Below, piece by piece: positions 1 to 9,933 of a stretch of DNA of 64,000 bases; the first letter of the stretch is position 1; every line of letters starts with the position of its first letter. Position numbers and translations under genes: made by a program. The stretch is from the NCBI GenBank assembly GCA_044357345.1, contig JBIKPR010000003.1:23887-87886 (forward strand), given 5' to 3'. The stretch comes from Bacteroidia bacterium. GTDB taxonomy: Bacteria > Bacteroidota > Bacteroidia > NS11-12g > UBA955. The notes under the pieces are model-generated. The model was given only the letters and a program-made list of their open reading frames with translations, was not told where the DNA came from and ran no database searches.

Positions 1-914
1 AAGTTGTAAATTTTGATTTGGAGTTAATTATTGCTGATGACCATTCACCTGACAATACAGAAGAAGTCGTCAAGTCATTTCATACTCATGAAAACTATGA
101 CTGGATAAAATACACCAAACATACAGTAAACAAAGGTATGATGCCCAATTTGAAATGGGCATTAGAGCAATGTAATGGTAATTATATTGCTCTCTGCGAA
201 GGAGATGATTACTGGACCGACCCATACAAATTGCAAAAGCAAATTGATTTTTTAGAAGCGAATCATGATTGCGTGATGTCTTTTCACGATGTTAAAGTTT
301 TAAAAACGGATGGTAGCCTACATGATAACTTCCTGACCAAACTTCCCAGTTCATGGGAAACAATAGAAGATTTAGCCAAATATGGTCAATACATTCAAAC
401 AAATACATTGGTTTACCGCAATGTTACTGACAGTTTGCCTGATGTATTTTTTAAATATCCAACTGGTGATTTTGCTGTAGAACTATTTATTGCACAATAT
501 GGAAAAATAAAGTATTTCCCTGATGTAATGTCTGTTTATAGATACCAAGTTGGTGTCCATTCTAGTTTGCATGTTGACGACCAAACAAAATTGTTTAATA
601 CTTGGCTGCTTCCTATTTGGTTGTATTTTTACACCAAAGGCAATAAAATGATTTCACAAATAATGATTGAAAGAATATATGCTTATTTGCATATTGCCAA
701 AACAACCAAAAATGGTGAAATATTTGCAACTTATCTTTACGACGGAATAGGCAAAGAACATTATAAATCATTTTTAAATGAAACTTTAGAATATTACGAA
801 AACAAAATAACAATAAGTAATAAAGAAGCAATTCATTCTGATCTAAAAAGTGCAAGCATTGTATATCTATTCAAAGTTATAATTTATAAATTAAAAAATT
901 TATTTGCCAAGTAA
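1..914 (+). CDS. Glycosyltransferase family 2; the 5' end lies outside the window
   Basis: The frame stays open back to base 3 (VVNFDLELIIADDHSPDNTEEVV). This is the GT2 DDxSxDxT nucleotide-binding segment, followed later by CEGDDYW. The TTG at 18 in the ORF track is therefore internal. Confidence 0.75.
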   Translation, partial: VVNFDLELIIADDHSPDNTEEVVKSFHTHENYDWIKYTKHTVNKGMMPNLKWALEQCNGNYIALCEGDDYWTDPYKLQKQIDFLEANHDCVMSFHDVKVLKTDGSLHDNFLTKLPSSWETIEDLAKYGQYIQTNTLVYRNVTDSLPDVFFKYPTGDFAVELFIAQYGKIKYFPDVMSVYRYQVGVHSSLHVDDQTKLFNTWLLPIWLYFYTKGNKMISQIMIERIYAYLHIAKTTKNGEIFATYLYDGIGKEHYKSFLNETLEYYENKITISNKEAIHSDLKSASIVYLFKVIIYKLKNLFAK

Positions 915-917
915 ACA

Positions 918-2015
918 ATGAACATTATCACAATAACAAAACCATGGATTATTGAAACGGATATTACTGCCGTATCAGATGTTCTAAAATCAGGTATGCT
1001 TGTTCAAGGTCAAGAAGTTGATAAACTAGAAAAAGCCATTGCTGATTATTTAGATGTAAGGCAAGTAATTGCGGTTTCCAATGGCACTGCTACCATGCAT
1101 ATTATGTTAAAAGTGCTAGGTATAGGCGAAGGTGATGAAGTTATTGTACCTGCCTTTTCTTATGTGGCAACAGCCAATGTGGTTGAATTGGTTGGAGCAA
1201 CCCCTATTTTTGTTGATATTGATATCAATACTTTTAACATTGATATTGACCTAATTGAACAGAAAATAACACCTAAAACAAAAGCTATTTTGGCGGTTCA
1301 TGAGTTTGGTTTAGCCGCAAATGTTAACAGAATTCAAGACATTTGTACAAAACACAATTTACTCTTTTTAGAAGATGCAGCGTGTGCATTGGGCGCAAGT
1401 ATCGACAATAAAAAAACGGGTTCATTTGGACATAGTGCTTCTTTTTCTTTACATCCTCGCAAAGCCATTACGTCAGGTGAAGGTGGTTTAATAGCAACAA
1501 ATGATGAAGAATTTGCGAGTAAATGTAGAATTTTAAGAAATCATGGGGTGGATATGAGCAAAGGTAAAACCGGATTTGTAGAGGCAGGATTTAACTATAG
1601 AATGACGGATTTTCAAGCTGCATTGGTAGCCTCACAATTTTCTAGATTTGAAGAAATTCTACGCAAGAAAAATGAGATTGCAACACAATATTTTATTGAA
1701 ATAAAAAATCCAAAAGTAATGCTTCCTCATATACCTCAAGGTTACACCCATAGTTTACAATCTTTTCATATACTATTAAATGGCATTGGCCAAAATGAGG
1801 CAATTGAAAAATTGAAATTAGACGGCGTTTCTGCCAACTATGGTGCACAATGTATTCCAGAGGTTATATACTATAAAAATAAATACAAACATATTTCTGC
1901 TGTTGATTTCCCTAATGCTTTTAAAGCATTTGAACAAGGCCTAGTAATCCCTTTATATCCTCAAATGCAAAATGAGGAGATAAATAGAGTAATTGCAGCA
2001 ATCAATAAATTATAA
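918..2015 (+). CDS. DegT/DnrJ/EryC1-family PLP-dependent sugar aminotransferase
   Basis: 365 aa. Motifs seen are [25 protein letters not shown] and the PLP-lysine context [16 protein letters not shown]. There is a 3-nt gap to the upstream gene. Confidence 0.85.
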   Translation: MNIITITKPWIIETDITAVSDVLKSGMLVQGQEVDKLEKAIADYLDVRQVIAVSNGTATMHIMLKVLGIGEGDEVIVPAFSYVATANVVELVGATPIFVDIDINTFNIDIDLIEQKITPKTKAILAVHEFGLAANVNRIQDICTKHNLLFLEDAACALGASIDNKKTGSFGHSASFSLHPRKAITSGEGGLIATNDEEFASKCRILRNHGVDMSKGKTGFVEAGFNYRMTDFQAALVASQFSRFEEILRKKNEIATQYFIEIKNPKVMLPHIPQGYTHSLQSFHILLNGIGQNEAIEKLKLDGVSANYGAQCIPEVIYYKNKYKHISAVDFPNAFKAFEQGLVIPLYPQMQNEEINRVIAAINKL

Positions 2016-2026
2016 TTAATAAAATA

Positions 2027-2980
2027 ATGAAAAATAAAAATATCTTTATCACAGGGGGAGCTGGTTTTATCGCCAACACATTAATCAGAACTCTAATTCA
2101 TGACAACAAAATTGTTGTTTATGATAATTTTCACAGAGACACATTAACTGAAAGTGGTTTTTTAAATCACCCCAATCTTACGGTTATAAAAGGAGATGTA
2201 TTGGATTATCCGTTATTGGAGAACTCAATGAGGGGGTCTAATATCATTGTACATGCAGCTGGTATTGCAGGCATAGATACTGTTGTGAAAGATCCAGTTA
2301 AAACAATGAGGGTTAACATGATAGGCACTGCAAATGCTTTAGAGTCTGCTTTACAAGTAGGCAATATAGAGAGGTTTGTAGACTTTTCAACATCAGAGGT
2401 TTTTGGATCAATGGCATTTCGCTCATCTGAAACCGACCAAACTGTTGCGGGTACAACAGGAGAGGCAAGATGGACCTATGCAGTAAGTAAACTGGCTGGA
2501 GAGCATTTAGCGCATGCCTATTATGAAAAATACAAGTTACCAATAGTTACAGTTAGACCTTTTAATGTGTATGGCCCAGGTCAAACTGGTGAAGGTGCTA
2601 TTCAAATATTTATAAAAAAAGCACTAGCAGGTGAAACGATTTATATCGATGGAGATGGCAACCAAATTAGAGCTTGGTGTTATGTCGACGATTTTGTGGA
2701 TTGTTTGTTCCGCTGTTTAGAAAATCCAAATGCAATAGGTCAAAGTTTCAATATTGGAAATGCAAGAGCTGTAATTACCATCTTGGGATTAGCCCAAACA
2801 GTTTGCCGCGTTTTAAATTCTTCATCTAAAATTGAATTCAGACCACCACTTTCTGCAGATATAGCTCTAAGAATTCCAAGTGTAGACAAAGCCAATGATA
2901 TTTTAGGATTTAAAGCAAATGTAGATTTAGAGGAAGGGGTATTGAAATCTGCAGAATGGATTAAGAACAACCTAATGTAA
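2027..2980 (+). CDS. NAD-dependent nucleotide-sugar epimerase/dehydratase (extended SDR)
   Basis: 317 aa. It has the Rossmann motif [13 protein letters not shown] near the N-terminus and the catalytic YAVSK (YxxxK). Confidence 0.8.
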   Translation: MKNKNIFITGGAGFIANTLIRTLIHDNKIVVYDNFHRDTLTESGFLNHPNLTVIKGDVLDYPLLENSMRGSNIIVHAAGIAGIDTVVKDPVKTMRVNMIGTANALESALQVGNIERFVDFSTSEVFGSMAFRSSETDQTVAGTTGEARWTYAVSKLAGEHLAHAYYEKYKLPIVTVRPFNVYGPGQTGEGAIQIFIKKALAGETIYIDGDGNQIRAWCYVDDFVDCLFRCLENPNAIGQSFNIGNARAVITILGLAQTVCRVLNSSSKIEFRPPLSADIALRIPSVDKANDILGFKANVDLEEGVLKSAEWIKNNLM

Positions 2981-2984
2981 TGAT

Positions 2985-3782
2985 ATGAAACAGCTTATTG
3001 AAAATCTTAAAATTAAAGGTGCAAGTTTTGTAGGTCAAATCCTTACAAAAGAACAGCTTGAATGGTTCCAAGCAGATTTACAAAATAAGAAAAAAGAGGA
3101 TATTGATAAGTATGGTAGAGAAGCCTTAATTGCTAATTTATTTTTAGAAACAGTGCAAGATTTAGGTAGATTTGAAGGGCCATATTATGATTTAATTGCC
3201 AATGAAAAAATTAATGAAATAGTTAATCATGCACTTAACGAAAAAGCTGTTATTCACTCCTTTAACGCAATAATTTTAGATGGACAGGCTAAAAGTAATA
3301 TGGTCGGTCATGGTTTTCACCGCGATATGCCATGGTTTCCTAATTGCAGAACAAGCATTATAGTAATGATTCCTTTGGTTGATTACGGGCCTTTTAATGG
3401 CTCTACACAGTATGTACCTGGTACCCATCTTTTTCAAGAAATGCCAAGTCTAGAATTTTTAGAAAGCAATTGTGTTTCTGTTGAAGGTAAAGCAGGTGAT
3501 GCTTTTGTAATAGATAGCACAACTTGGCACCGAGCTGGTGAAAATCAAAGTGGATTACCAAGACCTATGGTAGTAATTAAGTATACTTTAGCCCCATTTA
3601 AGCAGCAAATAGAATTTTATTTAAGCAATCCTAACTTAGAAACAGCACAAGAAATTGTGAAACAAAGACTAGGCTGGAATGTTAGAGTTCCGCATAATTA
3701 CGAGGAGGGAAGTGAGTTGAATAAAGATAAAAGAAAATTCAAAAGTGGTCAATATGATATGACAAATACGTATTTAAAATAA
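2985..3782 (+). CDS. PhyH-type Fe(II)/2-oxoglutarate-dependent oxygenase
   Basis: 265 aa. The pattern HGFHRDMPWF ... TTWHRAGEN fits a 2-His-1-carboxylate HxD...H facial triad in PhyH-like spacing. Confidence 0.6.
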   Translation: MKQLIENLKIKGASFVGQILTKEQLEWFQADLQNKKKEDIDKYGREALIANLFLETVQDLGRFEGPYYDLIANEKINEIVNHALNEKAVIHSFNAIILDGQAKSNMVGHGFHRDMPWFPNCRTSIIVMIPLVDYGPFNGSTQYVPGTHLFQEMPSLEFLESNCVSVEGKAGDAFVIDSTTWHRAGENQSGLPRPMVVIKYTLAPFKQQIEFYLSNPNLETAQEIVKQRLGWNVRVPHNYEEGSELNKDKRKFKSGQYDMTNTYLK

Positions 3783-3789
3783 AGAATAT

Positions 3790-4818
3790 ATGATATCCCA
3801 TAGCCAACCTTGGATTACAGAAAGTGAACTTGATGCTACAAAAAGTGTTTTGAGTTCAGGCATGCTGTTCAAAGGCACTATTTCAATAGCATTGGAAAAA
3901 CAAATGGCTAACTATCTCAATAAATCTTTTAGCCTAGCTACTGGAAATGGCACACAAGCAATGATGTTGCTTTTAAGCGGGATGGGGATTGGTCCTGGAG
4001 ACGAAGTTATTCTTCCCTCCTATGTGTGTGACAAGGTTTACTTTGGTGTCATACGCTTAGGTGCTAGGCCTGTTCTTTGTGATATAGGGAATCAATGGGT
4101 AATGACATATGATTCTGTTAAAAAAGTAGTTTCAGATAAAACAGCAGCCATAATTCTTGTTCATATATTTGGCATCAATGCTTGGGACAATGACTTTGAG
4201 AATTTAAATATTCCAATAATTGAAGACTTGTGTCAAAGTTTCGGGCATATTGACCCTTTTAAACGTACCGGGAGATACAGCCGGTTTTCTTTCACTTCAT
4301 TTCATGGCACCAAATGTATTCAATCTGGTGAAGGAGGCATGCTTTTTTGTGAAGATGAACAGGTGTTCAACACTATAAAAGAAAAAGTACATACTTGGCC
4401 TGAGATTACACATTATTCAGATTTACAAGCTGCTCCTGCGTTGGCCATTCTAAATAGATATGATGATATTCTATCTATCAGAAATACTATAGCAAGCCGT
4501 TTTATGGACGAGTTCCCAAAAGATTTAATTGATAGATCTAAAATACCCTCGCTAAATAGTATGTTTTTTCGGTTTCCGTTGAAATGGGAAATGAATTTTA
4601 CCATATTACAAACTGATTTTTATAAGGAAGGGATTGCAATAAGGAAGGGGGTTGATAGCCTTATTCATCGTCAGTTAGAGATTTCTGATGCTGAATTTAC
4701 GGAGACCGTAAATACTTTTAAGTCAACAGTTTCTATCCCAATTTTACCCCAATTAAGGAAATCGCAGATAGACCATATAATACGCACTACAAACAATATC
4801 TGGAATAAATACAATTAA
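3790..4818 (+). CDS. Divergent DegT-fold aminotransferase
   Basis: 342 aa. It has a DegT-like N-terminus (SQPWITESELDATKSVLSSGML), GDEVILPSYVC and the lysine context FTSFHGTKCIQSGEGG. It is the most divergent of the five DegT paralogues in the window. Confidence 0.7.
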   Translation: MISHSQPWITESELDATKSVLSSGMLFKGTISIALEKQMANYLNKSFSLATGNGTQAMMLLLSGMGIGPGDEVILPSYVCDKVYFGVIRLGARPVLCDIGNQWVMTYDSVKKVVSDKTAAIILVHIFGINAWDNDFENLNIPIIEDLCQSFGHIDPFKRTGRYSRFSFTSFHGTKCIQSGEGGMLFCEDEQVFNTIKEKVHTWPEITHYSDLQAAPALAILNRYDDILSIRNTIASRFMDEFPKDLIDRSKIPSLNSMFFRFPLKWEMNFTILQTDFYKEGIAIRKGVDSLIHRQLEISDAEFTETVNTFKSTVSIPILPQLRKSQIDHIIRTTNNIWNKYN

Positions 4819-4821
4819 TAC

Positions 4822-5445
4822 ATGAAGGAAAAAGACAAAGAATGGATAAATCAGCGATATTCAGATAGGATTAAAGGAGAAAATTTTTCCTATGAGGCAT
4901 TGCGTTCTGGTCCATGGGAAAGACGTGAAATGAGATTTCAAATTCTTACAGAAATTGGTATTAAACCTGGTGATTCAGTATTGGATCTTGGTTGCGGATA
5001 TGGTGATCTATATGACTATTTCCAGCGTATTAATTGTCCGGTAGATTATACGGGTTTTGATATTAATCCTGATTTTATTGAAATGGCAAAAAGTAAATAT
5101 CCAGGAGTAAATTTTCAGGTACTTGACGTAATTAACCAAGAATATCCTCATTTTGATTGGGTCATTTCTACAACCTGTTTTAATTTGAAACTTAAAGAAC
5201 AGGACAATTATGAATTTGTTGATGAATTGTTTTCCTCTGTTTATGCTCATGCTAAAAAAGGGGTTGCGATAGATTTCCTTACCAATTATGTTGACTTTGA
5301 AACAGACCATGGGTTTCATTATTCACCGGAAAAAGTTTTTGGTCTCGCCAAAAAATACACAAAATGCGTATCACTTCGACATGATTACCCAATCTTTGAA
5401 TTTTGCATGTATTTATTTCCTGATTTTAAAGGATGGGCGAAATAA
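4822..5445 (+). CDS. Class I SAM-dependent methyltransferase
   Basis: 207 aa. SAM-binding motif I is present as VLDLGCGYGDL. Confidence 0.7.
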   Translation: MKEKDKEWINQRYSDRIKGENFSYEALRSGPWERREMRFQILTEIGIKPGDSVLDLGCGYGDLYDYFQRINCPVDYTGFDINPDFIEMAKSKYPGVNFQVLDVINQEYPHFDWVISTTCFNLKLKEQDNYEFVDELFSSVYAHAKKGVAIDFLTNYVDFETDHGFHYSPEKVFGLAKKYTKCVSLRHDYPIFEFCMYLFPDFKGWAK

Positions 5446-6326
5446 AAAATAAAAATATTGCTGTTTCATTTGATGTTGATCTCATGGATTATCATAGCGA
5501 TGATAGTTTTGATGAATTAGACGAAACTTTTTATTTATTTAAATCAGTTTTCGAGAAATATAAGCAAGTAAAAACCACTTGGTATATGCGAATAGATGAC
5601 CATATGGGCGAAGTATATGGTGAACCGGATTATCTTTTTAAGCACCATAAAGACAAAATTGAATGGTTAATTTCAAATGGCCATGAAATTGGTTTTCATT
5701 TTCATTCCTATGTTAAAAAACAGGGCAAATGGAAGCAAAATACGGATGAAAAATCTGTGTTGGAAGAATTGAATCGTGCTGCAATATTGGCAAGAAACTA
5801 TAATTTAAAAGGAGTAAGAATGGGTTGGGCATATCAAACCAATGGCACCATTAAATTGTTAAATGATGCAGGATTCTTGTATGATGGCAGTGCTATGCCT
5901 CGCCCTGTATATCCATGGGAACATAGCATAAGAAATTGGACTATAACGGGTCAAAATAATTATTTTCCCTCTTTGGCGGATTATCGTATTTCCGGAGACC
6001 CAGCTTTACAAATTATCGAGATGCCTATGAGTACTTTACCCATATCGTCAAGTACAGATGATATGGAAGTCATTCGATACATAAGCCCTGCTTACAAACC
6101 CTCGGTTTTTAAACATGCACTTACGTCGTATACCAGCGAAAACGTTATTACCCTTCTTCATCCTTATGAGGCAATTGATAGAGGGCGTAAACATGATTTG
6201 ATGGCATTTTCATTCGATGCATTTGAAGATAATATCCGCTGGTTAATTGAGAACAATTATACATTTAAAACAATACTTGAAATGGCAGAATCATCATTAA
6301 ATAATAAAGCAAATGAATATAGCTGA
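5433..6326 (+). CDS. Polysaccharide-deacetylase (CE4)-like protein
   Basis: 297 aa. It has the FDVD and GHEIGFHFHS metal-motif pattern. It overlaps the upstream gene by 13 nt. Confidence 0.5.
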   Translation: MGEIKNKNIAVSFDVDLMDYHSDDSFDELDETFYLFKSVFEKYKQVKTTWYMRIDDHMGEVYGEPDYLFKHHKDKIEWLISNGHEIGFHFHSYVKKQGKWKQNTDEKSVLEELNRAAILARNYNLKGVRMGWAYQTNGTIKLLNDAGFLYDGSAMPRPVYPWEHSIRNWTITGQNNYFPSLADYRISGDPALQIIEMPMSTLPISSSTDDMEVIRYISPAYKPSVFKHALTSYTSENVITLLHPYEAIDRGRKHDLMAFSFDAFEDNIRWLIENNYTFKTILEMAESSLNNKANEYS

Positions 6327-7002
6327 TAAAATTATAGAAAAAATAAAACAAAACCGTATTAGTTCAACCGAGGTAGCGGATTGTATGAATAAAACAGGTA
6401 ATCTTGATTACAATCTCTACCCACTCAATTCCCGACATTTTAAAGTAGGAAGAGTTAAGTGGACCTATGCATTAAATGAGAGCAATTGGGAGCATCACAA
6501 GCAAGTTGCTGATATTGCCCCTGGTTATATAATAATAACTGAACCTTTTAACTGTGGTGAAAGAGCAATATTTGGCGACCTTGTAACTAAATACCTGATG
6601 CTATACCGTCAATCAGAAGCATTGGTTGTTTTGGGTAAATTGCGGGATATTCCTCATTTAATAAAGGAGAATTATGCAATATGGTTAAAGGGTGTTTCAC
6701 CTATAGGTTGTTTTAACAAACCAAGTGACATTGACTTAGATCCGGAGATTGTTGCAAGTCGCAAAGAATTATATGATGACTCCATAGCAGTTTGTGATGA
6801 CAGTGGAGTGATTATTATTCCTAAAGAAATGCATAATGAAGAATTTCTAAATAAACTTGATTGGATTGAAGAACAAGAAGACATTTGGTTTGATTGCATA
6901 GATCGTCGCAAGTGGAGCACGTATGATACAGTCTGTTTAAAGAAGTATTTAGATTCACCAGAAAGCAACTCATTTCACCCAGAAAAAAATCCTCTAATTT
7001 AA
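6313..7002 (+). CDS. RraA-like (HMG/CHA aldolase / oxaloacetate decarboxylase fold) protein
   Basis: 229 aa. It aligns by eye to E. coli RraA. SSTEVADCM matches the DTSELCD region. ERAIFGDLVTKYL...ALVVLGKLRDIPHL...WLKGVSPIG matches RRALVGD...GLVIYGAVRD...IPVG. DDSGVIIIP matches ADNTGIIL. Confidence 0.5.
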   Translation: MNIADKIIEKIKQNRISSTEVADCMNKTGNLDYNLYPLNSRHFKVGRVKWTYALNESNWEHHKQVADIAPGYIIITEPFNCGERAIFGDLVTKYLMLYRQSEALVVLGKLRDIPHLIKENYAIWLKGVSPIGCFNKPSDIDLDPEIVASRKELYDDSIAVCDDSGVIIIPKEMHNEEFLNKLDWIEEQEDIWFDCIDRRKWSTYDTVCLKKYLDSPESNSFHPEKNPLI

Positions 7003-7016
7003 ATATATTTGCAATT

Positions 7017-7748
7017 ATGATTTTTTCTTTAAACGAAACAGAAAGATTTCTAAAAAAAATTCACAGCCTGGGCGAATGTGTTACTTTTTCTGAGTATAAT
7101 GGAGGCAACAAATTTCTTGTAAGGCATGATGTAGATTTAGATTTGCGCTTGGCCAGAGATTTTGCAATAATGGAACAAAAAATAGGAATAAAAGCCACGT
7201 ATTTTGTTCTTACTGGTTGTGCTACATATAATATATTCAATAAGAAAAACAGAGAATATTTAAAAGAGATTATTGAATTAGGACATGAGGTTGGTTTGCA
7301 TTTTGATCCAACATTGTACACAGATGAATTTATGCAAGAAGCGGCTGAAAAAGAAGCTGATATCATGCAATTTATTTGTGGAACCCAGGTTAAGTCTATT
7401 AGCCTACATAATCCCTCTCTCCACGGACAATATCCGGAATTAGATGGGTTTGTGAATGCTTATAATAAAAAGATTTTCTCGGATGATATGTATATTTCTG
7501 ATTCACGTTATACATTTAGAGGAAAGAACCCGTTTGAGTTTATCGAGAGAATCGTAAATACTCCTATTCAAGTTTTACTGCACCCTTTGCATTATACTAT
7601 TTCTGGTGGAGGGTATAATGTGGTTTTAAGTGACTGGTTAGATCATTTTATCAATGATATTAATAACAGTTTTGAAGGAAATGATAAATTCAAATCTGAT
7701 GTAAACGGAAATCTTTTGGCTGAATACTCAGCGCATTTGAAAAAATGA
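7017..7748 (+). CDS. Polysaccharide-deacetylase (CE4)-like protein
   Basis: 243 aa. It has RHDVDLD and GHEVGLHFD motifs, the same motif architecture as 5433..6326. Confidence 0.55.
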   Translation: MIFSLNETERFLKKIHSLGECVTFSEYNGGNKFLVRHDVDLDLRLARDFAIMEQKIGIKATYFVLTGCATYNIFNKKNREYLKEIIELGHEVGLHFDPTLYTDEFMQEAAEKEADIMQFICGTQVKSISLHNPSLHGQYPELDGFVNAYNKKIFSDDMYISDSRYTFRGKNPFEFIERIVNTPIQVLLHPLHYTISGGGYNVVLSDWLDHFINDINNSFEGNDKFKSDVNGNLLAEYSAHLKK

Positions 7749-8746
7749 ATGTATTCGTTTTAAATACAATGTCAGCAGGCCTTGACAACCTTAAAGAATT
7801 GATTCGTCATATTTCAATTAAAGGTGTTATTGGCCTAACCGATAGAATTAAAACAGATTCCATAAGTGATTTTATTTATCAAAAAGAGTTTTGTGATGCA
7901 AACAATTTGCCCTTTGTTGAGGTGACATCCTATGCACTGAATGCTGATACTGATCGCAAAAAAATAGAGGACCTTGAAATAGATGTTTTACTCGTTTTAG
8001 GATGGCAAAGATTAATTCCAGAATGGTTAATAAACCATTGTAAAATATGCGCAATTGGCGCCCATGGAAGTCCATTGGGAATAACTGAAGGTAGAGGAAG
8101 GTCACCACAGAACTGGGCTTTAATGATGGGTTGGGATGTTTTTCATGTTTCTATATTTAATATAGATAATGGAATTGATTCAGGTGAAATAATTGACAGT
8201 GCAGAATTTGAATATTCTCAGTGGGATGATATTTCTACAAGCTACTATAAGGTGAGTATGTTGGTATCTCATTTAATTATTAAAAATATAATAAATGGCA
8301 ATATTGCAGCAAAAAAAGCAATAGCTCAAGCAGGTACGCCATTTTATTTACCACAACGTTTGCCTGCTGATGGACATATAGATTGGAATCGGAAAACAAA
8401 AGATATTTATAACTTTATTAGGGCACTTTCTAAGCCTTATCCAGGGGCTTTTAGTTTAATTGAAAAAAGAAAAATTACCATTCATAAGGTAATTCCTTTT
8501 TCTTTATCCATCGAAGGAGAGTATCAAAATGGTCAAATTGTGAAGGTGTTTAACAGGAAACATTTTTTGGTGAAAACAGCAGATCACTTTATCCTTGTTA
8601 CTGATTTTGAAACCGATGCAAATATTGTTGAAGGGGATGTTTTATCAAGCTATTCTTGGAGAGAGAATATGAATACAATAATTGAGAGACACAAAGTAAA
8701 GCACCCTGATTTAAAATTGAACAAGTCTATATTAAATCTTGAATAG
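7745..8746 (+). CDS. Formyltransferase (Fmt/ArnA/sugar N-formyltransferase-like, two-domain)
   Basis: 333 aa. The N-domain pattern is VLLVLGWQRLIP ... AIGAHGSPLGITEGRGRSPQNW, a variant of the HxSLLPxxRG motif, followed by a C-terminal extension. The start overlaps the upstream stop as ATGA. Confidence 0.65.
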   Translation: MNVFVLNTMSAGLDNLKELIRHISIKGVIGLTDRIKTDSISDFIYQKEFCDANNLPFVEVTSYALNADTDRKKIEDLEIDVLLVLGWQRLIPEWLINHCKICAIGAHGSPLGITEGRGRSPQNWALMMGWDVFHVSIFNIDNGIDSGEIIDSAEFEYSQWDDISTSYYKVSMLVSHLIIKNIINGNIAAKKAIAQAGTPFYLPQRLPADGHIDWNRKTKDIYNFIRALSKPYPGAFSLIEKRKITIHKVIPFSLSIEGEYQNGQIVKVFNRKHFLVKTADHFILVTDFETDANIVEGDVLSSYSWRENMNTIIERHKVKHPDLKLNKSILNLE

Positions 8747-8747
8747 T

Positions 8748-9932
8748 ATGGAACGAAAAATACTCGTCCTTGGTGCGGGTTTCTATAATATTAACGTTTT
8801 TAAGAAATTAAATGAAGCAGGTTTTTATACCATTGCGGTTGATGGAAATCCAAATGCTGAAGCTGCAACCTTTGCGGATGAATTTATAAATTTAGATTTT
8901 TCAAATGCAGAATTGCTATTGAATTATTGTAAACTAAATCTTCCTGATGCCATACTCCCACTGAATGATTGGGGCACCCGATCAGCTGCAATTGTTTCTG
9001 AACTTTTGGGATTAAATGGCATTACTCCACAAGCAGCACTAAATGCTACTGACAAGGGCTTTATGCGTGATGTATGGAGGGATTTTGGTTTGCCAAATCC
9101 TGAATACTTTGTTTTTTCAGACATTACAGAACTTCAGAATGGCATAGGAGAAATTGGATATCCTTGTGTGATCAAACCAACTGATTCAGGTGGATCTGGT
9201 AGAGGAATATCTGTTTTATCTGGTCCAGAAGACATTGATTGGGCATTTAACTTTGCTTTACCGTTTGTTAGAAACAATAGACTTATTTGTGAAAGATTTG
9301 TTGAAGGAACTGAGCTTACAATTGAAAGTATTTGTATAAATCAAGAGGTTATCATTCTTGCCATAAGTGATAAGGAGAAACCGAATTTAAAAACGCGGGT
9401 AGCTACTTCTTTAAATTATCCTGCGAACATTTCAGTAGAACAAGAGCAATTGGTAAAATCTGTAGTTTCAAAAGCAGTTTTGGCTCTGGGAATAAATATT
9501 GGTATGGCTCATACGGAAGTTATACTTAACGGAATGAATGTAAAGTTGGTGGAAACCGGTGCAAGAGGGGGTGGAGGTCATATTTATCACACAATAATCG
9601 AGCAAGTTTCAGGAATAAATGCACCAGCCCTTTGTGCTGATGTCCTTTGCGGATCCAAACCCAATAATCTTAATATTTTGAAAAGAGGCGCTGTATATAG
9701 ATTTTTCAATCCACCTTATGGAATTTTAAAAGAGGTGCAAAATATCGACACTGTAAAGCAATGGGATGGTATACTGGACATCGGATTGGTGAAGAAACCA
9801 GGTGATTTAGTCGGCGATTTGAAAAATTCACTGGAAAGAGCTGGACATGTGATAACCGCTGGTGCAAATAGGCAAGAAGCAACAGAGTTAGCAAATAAGG
9901 TTGTATCTTATATTAAGTTTTTAGTTGATTAA
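8748..9932 (+). CDS. ATP-grasp ligase
   Basis: It has the Rossmann-like start KILVLGAGFYN, then YPCVIKPTDSGGSGRGISV and ERFVEGTELTIES. I prefer the ATG at 8748, directly after the upstream stop, over the TTG at 8739 in the ORF track. Confidence 0.7.
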   Translation: MERKILVLGAGFYNINVFKKLNEAGFYTIAVDGNPNAEAATFADEFINLDFSNAELLLNYCKLNLPDAILPLNDWGTRSAAIVSELLGLNGITPQAALNATDKGFMRDVWRDFGLPNPEYFVFSDITELQNGIGEIGYPCVIKPTDSGGSGRGISVLSGPEDIDWAFNFALPFVRNNRLICERFVEGTELTIESICINQEVIILAISDKEKPNLKTRVATSLNYPANISVEQEQLVKSVVSKAVLALGINIGMAHTEVILNGMNVKLVETGARGGGGHIYHTIIEQVSGINAPALCADVLCGSKPNNLNILKRGAVYRFFNPPYGILKEVQNIDTVKQWDGILDIGLVKKPGDLVGDLKNSLERAGHVITAGANRQEATELANKVVSYIKFLVD

Positions 9933-9933
9933 A

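Noticed and set aside
613-855. Short minus-strand or alternative-frame ORFs in the track. Examples are 613..855, 2313..2543, 2740..2970, 4413..4604, 5008..5319, 6672..6968, 7061..7366, 7872..8108, 12857..13219, 20832..21017, 23258..23485, 23391..23681, 35898..36209, 46639..46839, 48983..49222, 58128..58373 and 62016..62219.
   Set aside because: All are nested in or overlap strongly supported genes in another frame or on the other strand. None has a recognisable domain, and they are treated as spurious.
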